From Dehalococcoidia bacterium (GTDB lineage Bacteria > Chloroflexota > Dehalococcoidia > Plut-88900), in the NCBI GenBank assembly GCA_965197585.1, contig OZ240215.1, forward strand, positions 2,208,001 to 2,272,000: a DNA stretch of 64,000 nucleotides, in the 5' to 3' direction. The notes under the pieces are model-generated. The model saw only the letters and a list, made by a program, of their open reading frames with translations. It was not told the DNA's origin and did no database searches. Shown one piece after another: positions 9,864 to 20,988 of this stretch. The position numbers and the translations under genes were made by a program. The stretch's first letter is position 1. Every line of letters begins with the position of its first letter.

Positions 9864-11213
9864 TTACTCGACCTCTAAGGCAGAGGCACGGTACTCCTGA
9901 CCGGTGAGACTCTCTGGGGAAAGCTCATCGGGATGTCCCCACTCCGATTGGATAGCCGCCTTGATACGTTTCACGGGGTAGCCGCTATCCGCCGCAAAGT
10001 CTCGCGCTTCCCACATGATCTGGTCCACGTCTCCCGCCATCTTGTATTTCTTGTAACGGTTTTCGTATTCCAGCCCCATGGATTCGGCCAAGAGAATGAT
10101 GAACGCCTTGGATTCGAAAGGATAATACTTCTCCGCTATGCAAAACTCCCGTTCGCAGGACTGGTGGATGGTGACCAGCATATCCACTTTCGCCTCAGTT
10201 GCCGCCTCACACACCTTTCGCTGTGCGGCACGTTTGGCCGCCGGGTTCGCACCCAGAACCGGCCCACACTGGTACCCGTAGGGGAATTGCTCTATTTCCA
10301 CCAGCTCCAGGCCGGGAATTACTCCGAGCACTTTCTTCACATCCGGTACTATGGGAGCTTTCGAACCCAAGGCCCCGTGCTCATGGACCGCTACCCGCTT
10401 CCTGACTGGCTTCACAATGGCTGCCTGCACTCGCTCCACATTATCGGCCAAAAAGTGGGTGGTGTGGCCCATTTCATAGTCGTAGTCGATGATGTCGTTG
10501 GTAAAGTCGTTAAAATGGTGGAAGCAAGAGGGACACCACGTGAGCACCTGGTCTGGCGAAAACATGTCGAAGGCGCGGAAGGTCCCCAGGGTAGTCTTTT
10601 CGGACATCCGATTGTTAGTACCGAAGCCAGGCTCGCCGCAGCAGTAGGCCCGGCCTCCGATCGCCTGGACATTGAAGCCAGTCCGACGTATCACCTCCAA
10701 CCCCGCATGGGCCAGATGGGGCGTACGCATGATATTGCACCCCAGCATCAGCACGAGGTCCGCCTTCGCTCCATCTGGGAGCCTTCCTTGATACCAGTTG
10801 ATCTCCGAGTCTCGCATCTGGAGACTCCGCACGACGTCCATAATAGAGTAGGCCTTCATGAATTCAGCCACCCCCTCAGGGCGAGCGCCTCCTGCCTCCC
10901 ATTCCAGTCTCTCGGCCTTCGTCTGTACCAGGCGCAGCATCCGCATAGGGTTAATCCCCTCCGGACATACATCCAGGCAATCGGCGCTTCCGGTACAAGC
11001 CCCCGCCACCACCTTGGCCTCTTCGGAGTAGGTTCCCTCTTTGAGCACCCCGCGGGCCAGTGTCATCAGAAAACTGCGGTCTTGGTCTTTATAAGGGGTG
11101 TAGTCTACCATTGGACACACCTCAAGGCACTTCCCGCACGCTGTGCAGAGCTCGGCCATTTCTTGGGCTTCCTTGGCCAGATAACTCTCCAGGGAAATTC
11201 GTTGCGTGACCAT
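9864..11213 (-). CDS. (Fe-S)-binding protein: dicluster ferredoxin plus CCG domains (HdrD/GlpC-like)
   Basis: CTACGKCLEVCP, CTGSADCLDVCP, YCCG, CPSC. Confidence 0.8.
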   Translation of the reverse strand: MVTQRISLESYLAKEAQEMAELCTACGKCLEVCPMVDYTPYKDQDRSFLMTLARGVLKEGTYSEEAKVVAGACTGSADCLDVCPEGINPMRMLRLVQTKAERLEWEAGGARPEGVAEFMKAYSIMDVVRSLQMRDSEINWYQGRLPDGAKADLVLMLGCNIMRTPHLAHAGLEVIRRTGFNVQAIGGRAYCCGEPGFGTNNRMSEKTTLGTFRAFDMFSPDQVLTWCPSCFHHFNDFTNDIIDYDYEMGHTTHFLADNVERVQAAIVKPVRKRVAVHEHGALGSKAPIVPDVKKVLGVIPGLELVEIEQFPYGYQCGPVLGANPAAKRAAQRKVCEAATEAKVDMLVTIHQSCEREFCIAEKYYPFESKAFIILLAESMGLEYENRYKKYKMAGDVDQIMWEARDFAADSGYPVKRIKAAIQSEWGHPDELSPESLTGQEYRASALEVE

Positions 11214-11465
11214 TATTTGCTCTCCAGAGTCAACTAGATTTCCTCTCCTCGTAGTTCATCCGGTTTTCGAAGCTTGCTATGTAAGATAGCACATCCTCGA
11301 CCGGACGGTTCACTACGAAACTGCTGCTCAGTTTTGGCATCTCGACCTTGTATTGGCTGAGTGTAATGGGGAGCTTACTCCATTACTACCACATGGGCAA
11401 GTCCATCCAGTTGGCATTGAAAGTCAAATCCGCGATCTTCGGGTAGCGAGGCAGCAGGACAGTTC

Positions 11466-12463
11466 GTGTCCCCGGCCGGGCTTCACCGCCCCCAAATGAC
11501 CCCAGCCGCTCAACTGCGCATTATGGGCAGAGCCTGTCTCGTCACTTTAGTCGTGGCGGTTCTCGGTGGGATCTTCTTAGCGACGTGCGCTCCCCTGTCG
11601 ATAAGATTACCAGCTTTGCATGTCACATATCTTCGGAGCATCTGGGTCGACGTCTGAACCTACGACTACCCGACGATGAAGTAGGACGGTTGGCCCGCAC
11701 GTTCCACGAAATGATTGAGCGGCTGGACAGCGCGTTTCGACCCCCGCTCCAGTTCACATCTGATGCATCACACGAGCCTAGACCCCCTGACCATCATGAA
11801 AGGCCAGATTGATGTCGCACTTCAAAAAAAGCGAGAGCCGGAGGATTATCTGCAGGTGCTTGAAGCGGTCAACGGGGAGGTAGACCGCCTGATTCGTCTG
11901 GCTGGAAGCCTTCTCACCTTAACTCGCCCCGATGCCGGCAACATCCCTTTGACTGTTGAGCGCTTAGCCGTTGCCGACGTGGTCGCCGGGGCCGTGGAGC
12001 ATTCGCATTCGACGGCTCTTCAGAAGGACGTAGAACTCCAAGTTATATCTGGCAGTAGCATCACCATGCGCGCAGACGAAGATCTCATATTACAGTTCTT
12101 GTTCAATTTCTCGACAACGCGATCAAATATACGCCGGCTGGCAGTAACGTGATTGTTGGTTGCAACGCGATGAGCGATCAGGCTGAGTTGTGGGTCAAGG
12201 ACACGGGAATTAGTATACTTGAAGATCCCATCCCGTTTATCTTCGACTACTTCTATCAGATTGACAAGGCGCGTAGCCGCTCCGAAGGGGGAGTAGGGCT
12301 TGGGTTGGCAATCGGCCGCTGGATTGCAGAGGCTCACGGCAGCTCTATACGTGTTGATCTCTCAAGATGGCGGCTAGACTTTCACGGTCCTAGTATCGAT
12401 TATCCGCCAAGTTTAAGCAAATCTTATTACTGTTTTCATCGGAGCTTCATGTCTGAGTGCTAG
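11466..12463 (+). pseudogene. sensor histidine kinase (HAMP-HisKA-HATPase), multiply frameshifted
   Basis: DDEVGRLARTF, FTSDASHE, VKDTG, GGVGLGLAIGRWIAEAHG spread over several frames. Confidence 0.85.
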
Positions 12464-12507
12464 ACTGAAGCCGAAGAGCATACAGGCTTAGGAAAGGAGC
12501 GATATCT

Positions 12508-12702
12508 GTGACATCGGGAAAACGGATGTTTTGGATTTGGGGGTTGGTAGCGCTTATTACGATGGCGGGTGTTGGCGTGACGGCGGCGTGTGAAACCGTG
12601 GAATCGGGAGGCCCTACGGGGTAGATAGACGACGGCGCTGAACTTCTCGATCAGGCGTCCATCAGCCTCGAGGAAGCCATAACCTCGGCACAGGCGGCTC
12701 CG
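12508..12702 (+). pseudogene. PepSY-like lipoprotein remnant
   Basis: AAGGAG RBS, GTG start, lipobox TAAC, TAG at 12622-12624, then ELLDQASISLEEAITSAQAA. Confidence 0.55.
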
Positions 12703-12703
12703 G

Positions 12704-13808
12704 CGCGCCGACGGTGACGAGTGCGGATCCAGCCTCGGCCACCAGCATGAAAGTGAATTGGAGCGAGCCGGCAAATACCGACCCACCCATAACCCGCTAT
12801 CTGTTGAACATCACGGGGCCGGCAACCAATAGAGAACTCTACATTCCAGATACCTCGTATGCTTCAACCATTTGACGCTCGTGATCACCAACCTTGCGCT
12901 AGATGCGGACTACTATGTGTGTGTACGTGCAGAGAACTGCTTAGGATGAGGACAGTACTCCCAATGGTTTGATGTAGACACACGCGTCGCCGGATGCTCC
13001 TGACGCTCCGATGGTCACCGCCCACGCCAGCGAGACAGAGCTTTCGGTGAGTTGGACCGTGCCGTCGACGACTCTGCCGATCAGCGGCTACGACGTACGA
13101 TACCGGCCCCAATCCGAGAACGCGGACGACCCGTGGGACGAACTGGCCCATGAAGGCACGGCCCTCTCCGCGACGATCAGCGGATTGGCGTACGGCGTTC
13201 CATATGAAGTCCAGCTGCGGGCCTCCAACCCCGAAGGCCCGGGCAATTGGTCGGCTTCTGGTACCGCTACCACACCACTCAACTTTCCCCCGGAGTTCGA
13301 CGAGGGAGCCGCGACCACCCGGAACCTTGTCGAGAACAGCGGCTCCGGCGTCGCTATCGGCGATCCGGTGAGTACAAGCGACCGTGACGACGACACTTTG
13401 ACTTACTTGCTTAGCGGCGCCGATGCGGCGAGCTTCGTCCTCGACGGTACGACCAGCCAGCTCCGGACCAAAGACGGCGTAAGTTACGACTATGAGGCGA
13501 AGTCGGAGTACGAAGTGACGGTGGCGGTCTTGGACGGCAAGGGTGGCGGCGACAGCATCGTAGTGACCATCGAGATCGACAACGTCGTCGAGCGTCCGAC
13601 AGCGCCACCCGCGCCGACGCTGACCGCTAAATCCCCGGTCAGCGTGGAACTTACGTGGGAGGTGCCCGAGTACTCCGGGCCGCCCATCACAGTGTATTGC
13701 GTGCAGCTCCTCCAGGGAGACGCACCCGCGACCTTTGATTGGTGCAAGCTGTTTCCCTCTAGGTCGGCGACCTTCGATGATCTGGAATCGGAGACCGAAT
13801 ACAAGTAA
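12704..13808 (+). pseudogene. fibronectin type III / cadherin repeat surface protein, 5' fragment
   Basis: LSVSW..YDVRYR..YEVQLRASN (FN3); PPEFDEG..DRDDDTLTY..DYEAKSEY (cadherin); cut by IS110. Confidence 0.8.
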
Positions 13809-13820
13809 CTGTCTTGATTG

Positions 13821-14765
<945 letters not shown>

Positions 14766-14769
14766 GCTT

Positions 14770-14905
14770 CTCCTTTGGCCCATCCTTGCCGATGCGGGCT
14801 TGCACTGGCCCAGGCAACTGTTCGGGTTCTATGATTATCCTATCGGGGCGACCACGCTGAGGCACGGTCTCCTGACCAAGGGTGAATCGGCCTACCCCGA
14901 CCTGC
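14770..14905 (-). ncRNA. putative IS110 bridge RNA
   Basis: Donor guides ACAGTTGC (14821-14814) and GTGCAAG (14805-14799) match the element ends ACAGTTA-CT-TGTAT; target loop closed by TCGGGG/CCCCGA. Confidence 0.7.
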
Positions 14906-14921
14906 CTGTTAATATACAAGA

Positions 14922-16163
14922 GTGACGGAGGTCGGGACGGCGAGCAAGGGTACTGCCGAGGTGGACACCACCGACGATCAGAACGTGATTTACACCCCCA
15001 ACGCCAATGCCAACGGGCAGGACTCCTTCACCTACACCGTCTCCGACGGGAACGGTGGTACCGCTACAGGCACCGTTAACGTCACCATCACCCCGGTCAG
15101 CGATCCACCGGAAACGACGGGCACGATTCCCCAACGGTGAACGTTGACGGCAGGTGACGATCCCTGGAGGCTGGATGTATCAGGCAACTTCGTAGACGCA
15201 GACGGCGACACCCCGACGTACTCGGTCACATCGAGTCGGAGCGATGTGGCAACGGCCAGCGTATCCAGCAATGGATTAGTGGTCATCAGACCGATATCTG
15301 CTAGCTCGACGAACATCGAGGTTACCGCCTCGGCCGACGATGGCGTCGCGACCTGGACCATAAGTGTCACAGTTGATCCGGCGCCTGCCCGTCGGCCATA
15401 GCCCCAACCAACTCCCACTCCCGTACCTACGGTCATCGTACCTCCTAGCAAGATAGTGCCGGTGCAAATAGAAGAAGACATTGAAGACACCCAGATGGTT
15501 GAGGTGGTCAACCCAGACCGACTGACGGTGATCAAAGCGGCTGAGCAATACGTAACGGTTCAGTTTCCGGCCACTTCACGGGCACGCACGTTTCAGGCCA
15601 GAGTCACTACCTATTCGGACGACCGCATGCCCGAGGATCCGCCTGCCTGTATCCCTCTGGCGTTGGTGAAGGTGGACCAATTCGACACTGAAGGGGTTCA
15701 GGAGGAGAATGCACGGCTCATATCCCCTGCAACCCTGCGCATCGCGCTTACTCGAGAACAGGCGGAGGAACTTGGCGGACTGTCTGCAGTGTTCCAGGCG
15801 CATATGAATGACAGGCTGAAGCTTCTGCGGCGTGACGGCCCAGGCGATCCGTGGAGGAAGATATGGTACATGTTCAACTTTGACACGACCCCGGGGCAGG
15901 TCATCATCACCACTCGGATATGCCGCTTTAGCGACTTTGCTCTGGTGAAGGACGACGGGATGTCTGCTCAGGAGAGAGCGCAGGCCGACTCTACAGTTAC
16001 TCCAGAGCCAACTGCAACACCGGAGCCGGTGTTGCCCAAGACACGTGGTGTCTCCATCCCAGGGAGGATGCTGCTTGCTTTGACCCTAGCGGGAGTAGCG
16101 CTGCTCGTCCTTGGGAGCTGGACGACGCTGATTTCGCGCCGAAGGTCTGATCACTCTGGATGA
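14922..16163 (+). pseudogene. Ig-like repeat surface protein, 3' fragment with LPxTG-like sorting signal
   Basis: [23 protein letters not shown]; one frame with stops at 15138 and 15399; ends LPKTRG, hydrophobic stretch, RRR. Confidence 0.75.
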
Positions 16164-16865
16164 TAGGGCCTCTGGTGCTAGGCTGAGCAAGAGTACCTGA
16201 GTCCCGCGACCTTTCCTAGCCGGGCAAGCTAGCGCCCGCAAGTTACTTCGCCTCTCGGACTAACATCTCTATCAGCATGGGGCACGATGGCCTAGACTCT
16301 TAGTCCAAAAGGGCATTGGTCCTTATTCGGGAGATTGAGAGGTAGGAAGACATCCTGGAAGACTTAGCCGAGGTAGTCCGGGCCCATGGAACCTTTGGAT
16401 ACACGTGCAGGTAGTTCTGCATTGGTTGCCTACTCATGGGTGGCATGCAGAACAGGCCCAGGTCATCACCGATGCAACCTCGTGCTAGAATGAGAGCACC
16501 AACTCGAAAATCGTACTGTGTACCGTCAAGTCAGGCCCACCTGCGTTGAATCGAACCCTGCGCAGCTTCTCTGAATAAGTTAGTATTACCAGCGACCATG
16601 TAAAGGGAGTTATCCCAAAGGCTTCATTTTTTCTATATCTGGTGTTCCACTACTGCAAACTCACAGCTCTACAACGAGTTCAAAAGTTCTGGTACAGTCT
16701 CCTTTGTCATCAACGTGGACTCGAATGGCTCTTTTGCGCTGCCTAGGTGGGAACAAATGTGGGAACGGATAGTCAGGTCCCGTTATTGCGTAGCTAACTA
16801 CGAATCCCACTCCTCCGCCACTATTTCAATCACTGAATCGAGGAACCCAACTTCACCACCAATCC

Positions 16866-17465
16866 ATGCTTGAAACATCACAAATAAGCGGCCTCATGGA
16901 CAGGTCGGCGCTCATTGTCATCGACATGCAGCACGACTTCCTGGACCCCGACGCTCCCTACTCCTGCTCCGACGCCCACCCACTCATCGAAAACACCCGG
17001 CGCCTCTGCGACGCCATGCGCTCCCGTGGCGCCCCCATCATCTACACCCGTGAAGTTCACCGCGCCGACGGAGTGGACCGCGGCCGTGAGGGCGACTCCG
17101 AACCCATCCACTGCGTCGAGGGCACCCAGGGCGTCGAGATCGTGCCCCAACTCACACCCCTCAACGGCGACTATATAGTCGACAAACGCAGATTCAGCTC
17201 CTTCTTTCAGACCGAGCTCGCGGGTCTACTCAACGGCCTCCGCACCGAGCTTATCGTCGTCTCGGGAGTCACCGCCAATGCCTGCGTCCTCACTACCGTG
17301 ATAGACGCCTTTCAATATGACTTCCATACCGTTACTATTCAAGACTGCGTTTCCAGCAAGGTAGGCCTGCTCCTGGATGAGAACTACAACGACATGATGC
17401 GGCTCTACAAATTCTATTCAAATCCCCTTCGCCTCGATACTTTCCTGGCCCTTCTGGAGGACTGA
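16866..17465 (+). CDS. isochorismatase family cysteine hydrolase
   Basis: ALIVIDMQHDF, DKRRFSSF, GVTANACV triad motifs. Confidence 0.9.
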   Translation: MLETSQISGLMDRSALIVIDMQHDFLDPDAPYSCSDAHPLIENTRRLCDAMRSRGAPIIYTREVHRADGVDRGREGDSEPIHCVEGTQGVEIVPQLTPLNGDYIVDKRRFSSFFQTELAGLLNGLRTELIVVSGVTANACVLTTVIDAFQYDFHTVTIQDCVSSKVGLLLDENYNDMMRLYKFYSNPLRLDTFLALLED

Positions 17466-17468
17466 CTA

Positions 17469-18773
17469 GTGCCCGGATACCACATTTGGACCGTCGGTTG
17501 CCAGATGAACGAGGCCGACTCCGAGCGCCTCGCCAGCGCGCTCGAAAAGATCGGCTGCGACCACTCTCCACGTATTGAGGACGCCGATATCATCGTCCTG
17601 AACAGCTGCGTCGTCAGGCAGGGCGTCGAGGACAAGGTCGCCGGTCGCCTCAATTCCCTGAAACCTCTCAAGCGGGAAGACCCCAACCGGACCATCGCCC
17701 TCATGGGCTGCATGGTCGGGCCCCGGGACGAGTCTCTGAAGAAGCGCTTCCCCCACGTCGACCTCTTCCTCAGGCCCCAGGGATACGACCCACTTATCCG
17801 GCGCCTGTCCAATGACGATGGCACGTGTCTCGATAACCTCGGACCCCTCATCCCCACCCAGCCCAACATCAGCGTCAACGTGCCCATAATCCACGGCTGC
17901 GATAAATTCTGCACCTTCTGCATCATCCCCTACCGCCGAGGCCGCGAGCGTAGCCGTCCCATTCCCGAACTCGTCGAAGAAGTGTCGGCCCTTGGACAGC
18001 GTGGCGTTAAAGAGGTGACCCTCCTCGGCCAGAACGTAGATTCCTACGGCCAGGACCTCGCCGATGACTCGGACCTCGCCGAACTCCTGGCAGCACTTGA
18101 CCCCATCGACGGTATTGAGCGCATCCGTTTCCTCACATCTCACCCCAACGACATGAGCCAGAAGCTCATAGACGCTGTTGCTTCCCTTCCCAAGGTATGC
18201 GAACACATCAACCTGCCCATCCAGGCCGGTGACGACGAAGTTCTGGCGACCATGCACCGTGGCTACACCTCCGCCGACTACCTGGAGTTGACCGGGCGCA
18301 TCCGAGACACCATCCCCGGCGTCTCCATGAGTACCGACATAATCGTCGGTTTTGCCAACGAGACCGAGGCCCAGTTCCAGCATACCGTCGACATCCTGGA
18401 AGAAGTCCGATTCGACAAGGTACACGTCGCCCCCTACTCCGTTCGGCCCGGCACCATCGCCTTCCGCAAGATCGATGACTCCCTCGAACAGGACGAGAAG
18501 ATGCGTCGTCTCCACGTAATCGAGGAGGTGCAGAAACGCATCGCCGGGGAGCTAAACGAGCCGTTGCTTGGGACCGAGCAGGAAGTCCTGGTGGAAAGGC
18601 GGCACAAGGGCAAGTGGCAGGGCCGCACCCGCACCAACAAGCTGGTCTTCCTCCCCGTCGAGGACGATGACCTCGTCGGCAAGATGGTCAACGTGAGAAT
18701 CGACAAGACCGGCCCCTGGTCCCTGCAGGGCACCCCTGTATCTGCCTTCGTGCCTACTATGCAGTCGACCTAG
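17469..18773 (+). CDS. miaB: tRNA-2-methylthio-N6-dimethylallyladenosine synthase
   Basis: GCQMN, CDKFCTFC radical SAM motif, C-terminal TRAM domain. Confidence 0.93.
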   Translation: MPGYHIWTVGCQMNEADSERLASALEKIGCDHSPRIEDADIIVLNSCVVRQGVEDKVAGRLNSLKPLKREDPNRTIALMGCMVGPRDESLKKRFPHVDLFLRPQGYDPLIRRLSNDDGTCLDNLGPLIPTQPNISVNVPIIHGCDKFCTFCIIPYRRGRERSRPIPELVEEVSALGQRGVKEVTLLGQNVDSYGQDLADDSDLAELLAALDPIDGIERIRFLTSHPNDMSQKLIDAVASLPKVCEHINLPIQAGDDEVLATMHRGYTSADYLELTGRIRDTIPGVSMSTDIIVGFANETEAQFQHTVDILEEVRFDKVHVAPYSVRPGTIAFRKIDDSLEQDEKMRRLHVIEEVQKRIAGELNEPLLGTEQEVLVERRHKGKWQGRTRTNKLVFLPVEDDDLVGKMVNVRIDKTGPWSLQGTPVSAFVPTMQST

Positions 18774-18844
18774 AGTCCCCCTTATAAGCCCTCTATGTCC
18801 TGGTGGTGTGACAGAGGGGACACCCCCTCCCCGGAGCACAAGAT

Positions 18845-19276
18845 TTGACCAAGGCAGACGACCTTCTCAATTCCCTCAGAAGCGCCGGATACAGGCTCAC
18901 GCCCCAGCGGGTGATGATCCTCTCCGCCATCGCTTCCGGCTCGGGGCACATGACTGCTGAGGATATCCACGAAAAGGTCAAGAAGACATACCCGTTCATA
19001 GACATCGCTACCGTCTACCGCACCATCCAGCTGCTGAAGAAGCAACGTCTGCTCGTCGAGATAGACCTCGGGAGTGGGGCCTACCAGTACGAGATGACCC
19101 ACGACCAGCGCCACCACCACATCGTCTGCCGGGACTGTGGCTCGACTCTGGACATAGACCATCATCGCTTCTTGGAGCCCGTCCGGGTCGCCCTCCAACA
19201 GGAGTATGAGTTCGAAGCAGACCTGGACCACTTCGCCATATTCGGCATCTGCCGCCAGTGCCGCTCCAACAATTGA
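18845..19276 (+). CDS. Fur family transcriptional regulator
   Basis: RLTPQR, ATVYRT, HHHIVCRDC, GICRQC. Confidence 0.92.
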   Translation: MTKADDLLNSLRSAGYRLTPQRVMILSAIASGSGHMTAEDIHEKVKKTYPFIDIATVYRTIQLLKKQRLLVEIDLGSGAYQYEMTHDQRHHHIVCRDCGSTLDIDHHRFLEPVRVALQQEYEFEADLDHFAIFGICRQCRSNN

Positions 19277-19293
19277 TCCCTCGCACCTTGCCC

Positions 19294-19610
19294 GTCATTC
19301 CGGCCCCAAGCCGGCTGTAAGTGCGCCTATGGTGTGAATCCCTCCCTCGGGGTGTGGATGCTCCCTCCTCCCCCAGTACTGAATTAGAGGCAGGGATATG
19401 TGCAAAGCACATGTGCCTGCCTCTATTCTTATCTCCCCCTCTCCCTTGAAGGCCCTAAGGGAGAGGGGGATAAAGGGAGTGAGGGTTCCCCGGAAGGGTT
19501 GGGGGGCCATCCCCCGTAAGGGCGACCGGCCGATCGCCCTCCCCGGTAGCGGTGCACCCGGGACCCGACCCAATCCGGGGGGGCCATGTGGGCCACCCCA
19601 CCTATGCCAC
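19294..19610. repeat. composite REP-like palindrome cluster
   Basis: Modules recur at 31639-31800, 55565-55620, 55947-55993, 63418-63486 and 43111-43134. Confidence 0.75.
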
Positions 19611-19617
19611 CACCCAC

Positions 19618-20559
19618 TGCGCAAAGTTTCCGTAGAAATCCGACAGTCCATGTAAGCTCATGGACATGTCAAATCTCACACTGATAACGTTGGCCTGGGA
19701 GTTGTACGAGCAAGGGATGACAAAAGCGCAGATAGCGCGGCAGTTGGGTAAACACCGGGAGACGATCCATCTGTGGGTTCGGGGCATCCAAGAACAGGGG
19801 CTGCTGCCCTTCCTTGGGCGATACGAGCAAGCCAAGAAGGGGCCCAGGTTAGGGAGGCGGGTCGACCCGATGGTGAAGCGATGGATTTGGGCCATTAGGG
19901 AGCGGGAGGCGGGGTGCTGTGGACAGAAGATCGCCTACTTCCTGGAGCGGGAACACGGGGTACGCCTGTCAGTGCCTAAGATATATGAGATCCTGAAGGA
20001 GAAGTACATCATCCGTTCCAAGTGGAAGAAGAATCGGCGTAGAGGGCCGGTGCCCACGGCCAGCAGCCCTCGCCAGGTGGTACAGATGGACACGGTGATG
20101 TTTGGAGGCCTGTTTGCCTTCACCGGCATCGACATATACACCAGGGAGGCAGACATCCTGTTAGCCCCCTCCCTGACCGCCGCTTACGGCTGTGCCTTCC
20201 TGGAACAAGCGATGACACGGCGCTTCGATAGCAGGGTGGAGTTGATCCAAACGGACGGGGGCAGTGAGTTCAAAGAGGCCTTTGCAGAGCGGGTGTTGGC
20301 CTACTGCCAACGACACCGGGTGGCTCGGCCCTACAAGAAGAACGAGCAGGCCTACATCGAGAGCTTCAACCGGACAGTGCGGAAAGAATGTCTGGGCTGG
20401 ACCCGCTACAGCGCCCAGGACCTTCCCCAGTGCCGGAGATTAGTAGAGCAGTTCCTGGATCGGTATCACTACCACCGCCCACACCTCGCCCTCGGACTAA
20501 AACCCCCTCTCAAGAAAGGAGTCTTCCACCTGTCGGATATTTACGCATAATATTGCGCA
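19618..20559 (+). mobile_element. intact DDE insertion sequence (IS481/IS30-like, single ORF)
   Basis: About 29-bp imperfect terminal inverted repeats tgcgcaaagtttccgtagaaatccgacag / ctgtcggatatttacgcataatattgcgca. Confidence 0.85.
19660..20550 (+). CDS. DDE transposase (HTH plus integrase core)
   Basis: QIARQLG HTH; QMD, QTDGGSEF, IESFNRT, RPHLAL. Confidence 0.9.
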   Translation: MDMSNLTLITLAWELYEQGMTKAQIARQLGKHRETIHLWVRGIQEQGLLPFLGRYEQAKKGPRLGRRVDPMVKRWIWAIREREAGCCGQKIAYFLEREHGVRLSVPKIYEILKEKYIIRSKWKKNRRRGPVPTASSPRQVVQMDTVMFGGLFAFTGIDIYTREADILLAPSLTAAYGCAFLEQAMTRRFDSRVELIQTDGGSEFKEAFAERVLAYCQRHRVARPYKKNEQAYIESFNRTVRKECLGWTRYSAQDLPQCRRLVEQFLDRYHYHRPHLALGLKPPLKKGVFHLSDIYA

Positions 20560-20562
20560 CTG

Positions 20563-20627
20563 TTGACACTGGTCAGCGGCAGGACTAAAATTCGCTCGCT
20601 TTAGCACTCGGCTTATTGGAGTGCCAG
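20563..20627 (+). promoter_or_regulatory. sigma70 promoter plus CIRCE (HrcA operator)
   Basis: TTGACA-17-TAAAAT (20563-20591); TTAGCACTC-N9-GAGTGCCAG (20601-20627). Confidence 0.85.
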
Positions 20628-20646
20628 CCCCATCTCGGAGGAGCGA

Positions 20647-20982
20647 ATGCCTTTATACGACTACGAATGTTTGGCTAACGGCCACGTGTTCGAGGTGCGT
20701 CAAAAGGTAATCGAAGTAGGCAACGCCCCTTGCCCCACCTGCTCCTCCGACTCCCGCAGGATATTTCACTCCGTACCCATCCTCTTCAAGGGCTCCGGGT
20801 TCTACTCCACCGACCACCGCAAAGGTCAGGCCAGCTCCTCCAACGGTAAGGAGGAGTCCTCATCCGACTCCGAATCCAAGTCCGAGTCTGATTCCTCTTC
20901 CAAGTCCAAGTCCGAGTCGTCCTCTTCCGATAAGTCCCCCGAGAAGAGCGCCGACAAGGTCGCCTCCAAGACCGACGGCTAG
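20647..20982 (+). CDS. FmdB family zinc-ribbon protein
   Basis: MPLYDYEC..GH.FE..CPTC..FKGSGFYSTD plus Ser/Glu/Lys-rich tail. Confidence 0.9.
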   Translation: MPLYDYECLANGHVFEVRQKVIEVGNAPCPTCSSDSRRIFHSVPILFKGSGFYSTDHRKGQASSSNGKEESSSDSESKSESDSSSKSKSESSSSDKSPEKSADKVASKTDG

Positions 20983-20988
20983 TCTTCT

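Noticed and set aside
9933-11237. 434-aa + strand ORF
   Set aside because: Antisense shadow of the Fe-S protein; no motifs
16801-16820. Second tRNA gene
   Set aside because: Only the 3' 20 nt are present; it is the attR duplicate
17466-18515. 349-aa - strand ORF
   Set aside because: Antisense shadow of miaB
19295-19655. ORFs over the repeat cluster, similar to those at 31560-31930 and 55179-55620
   Set aside because: Similarity comes from non-coding palindromic repeats
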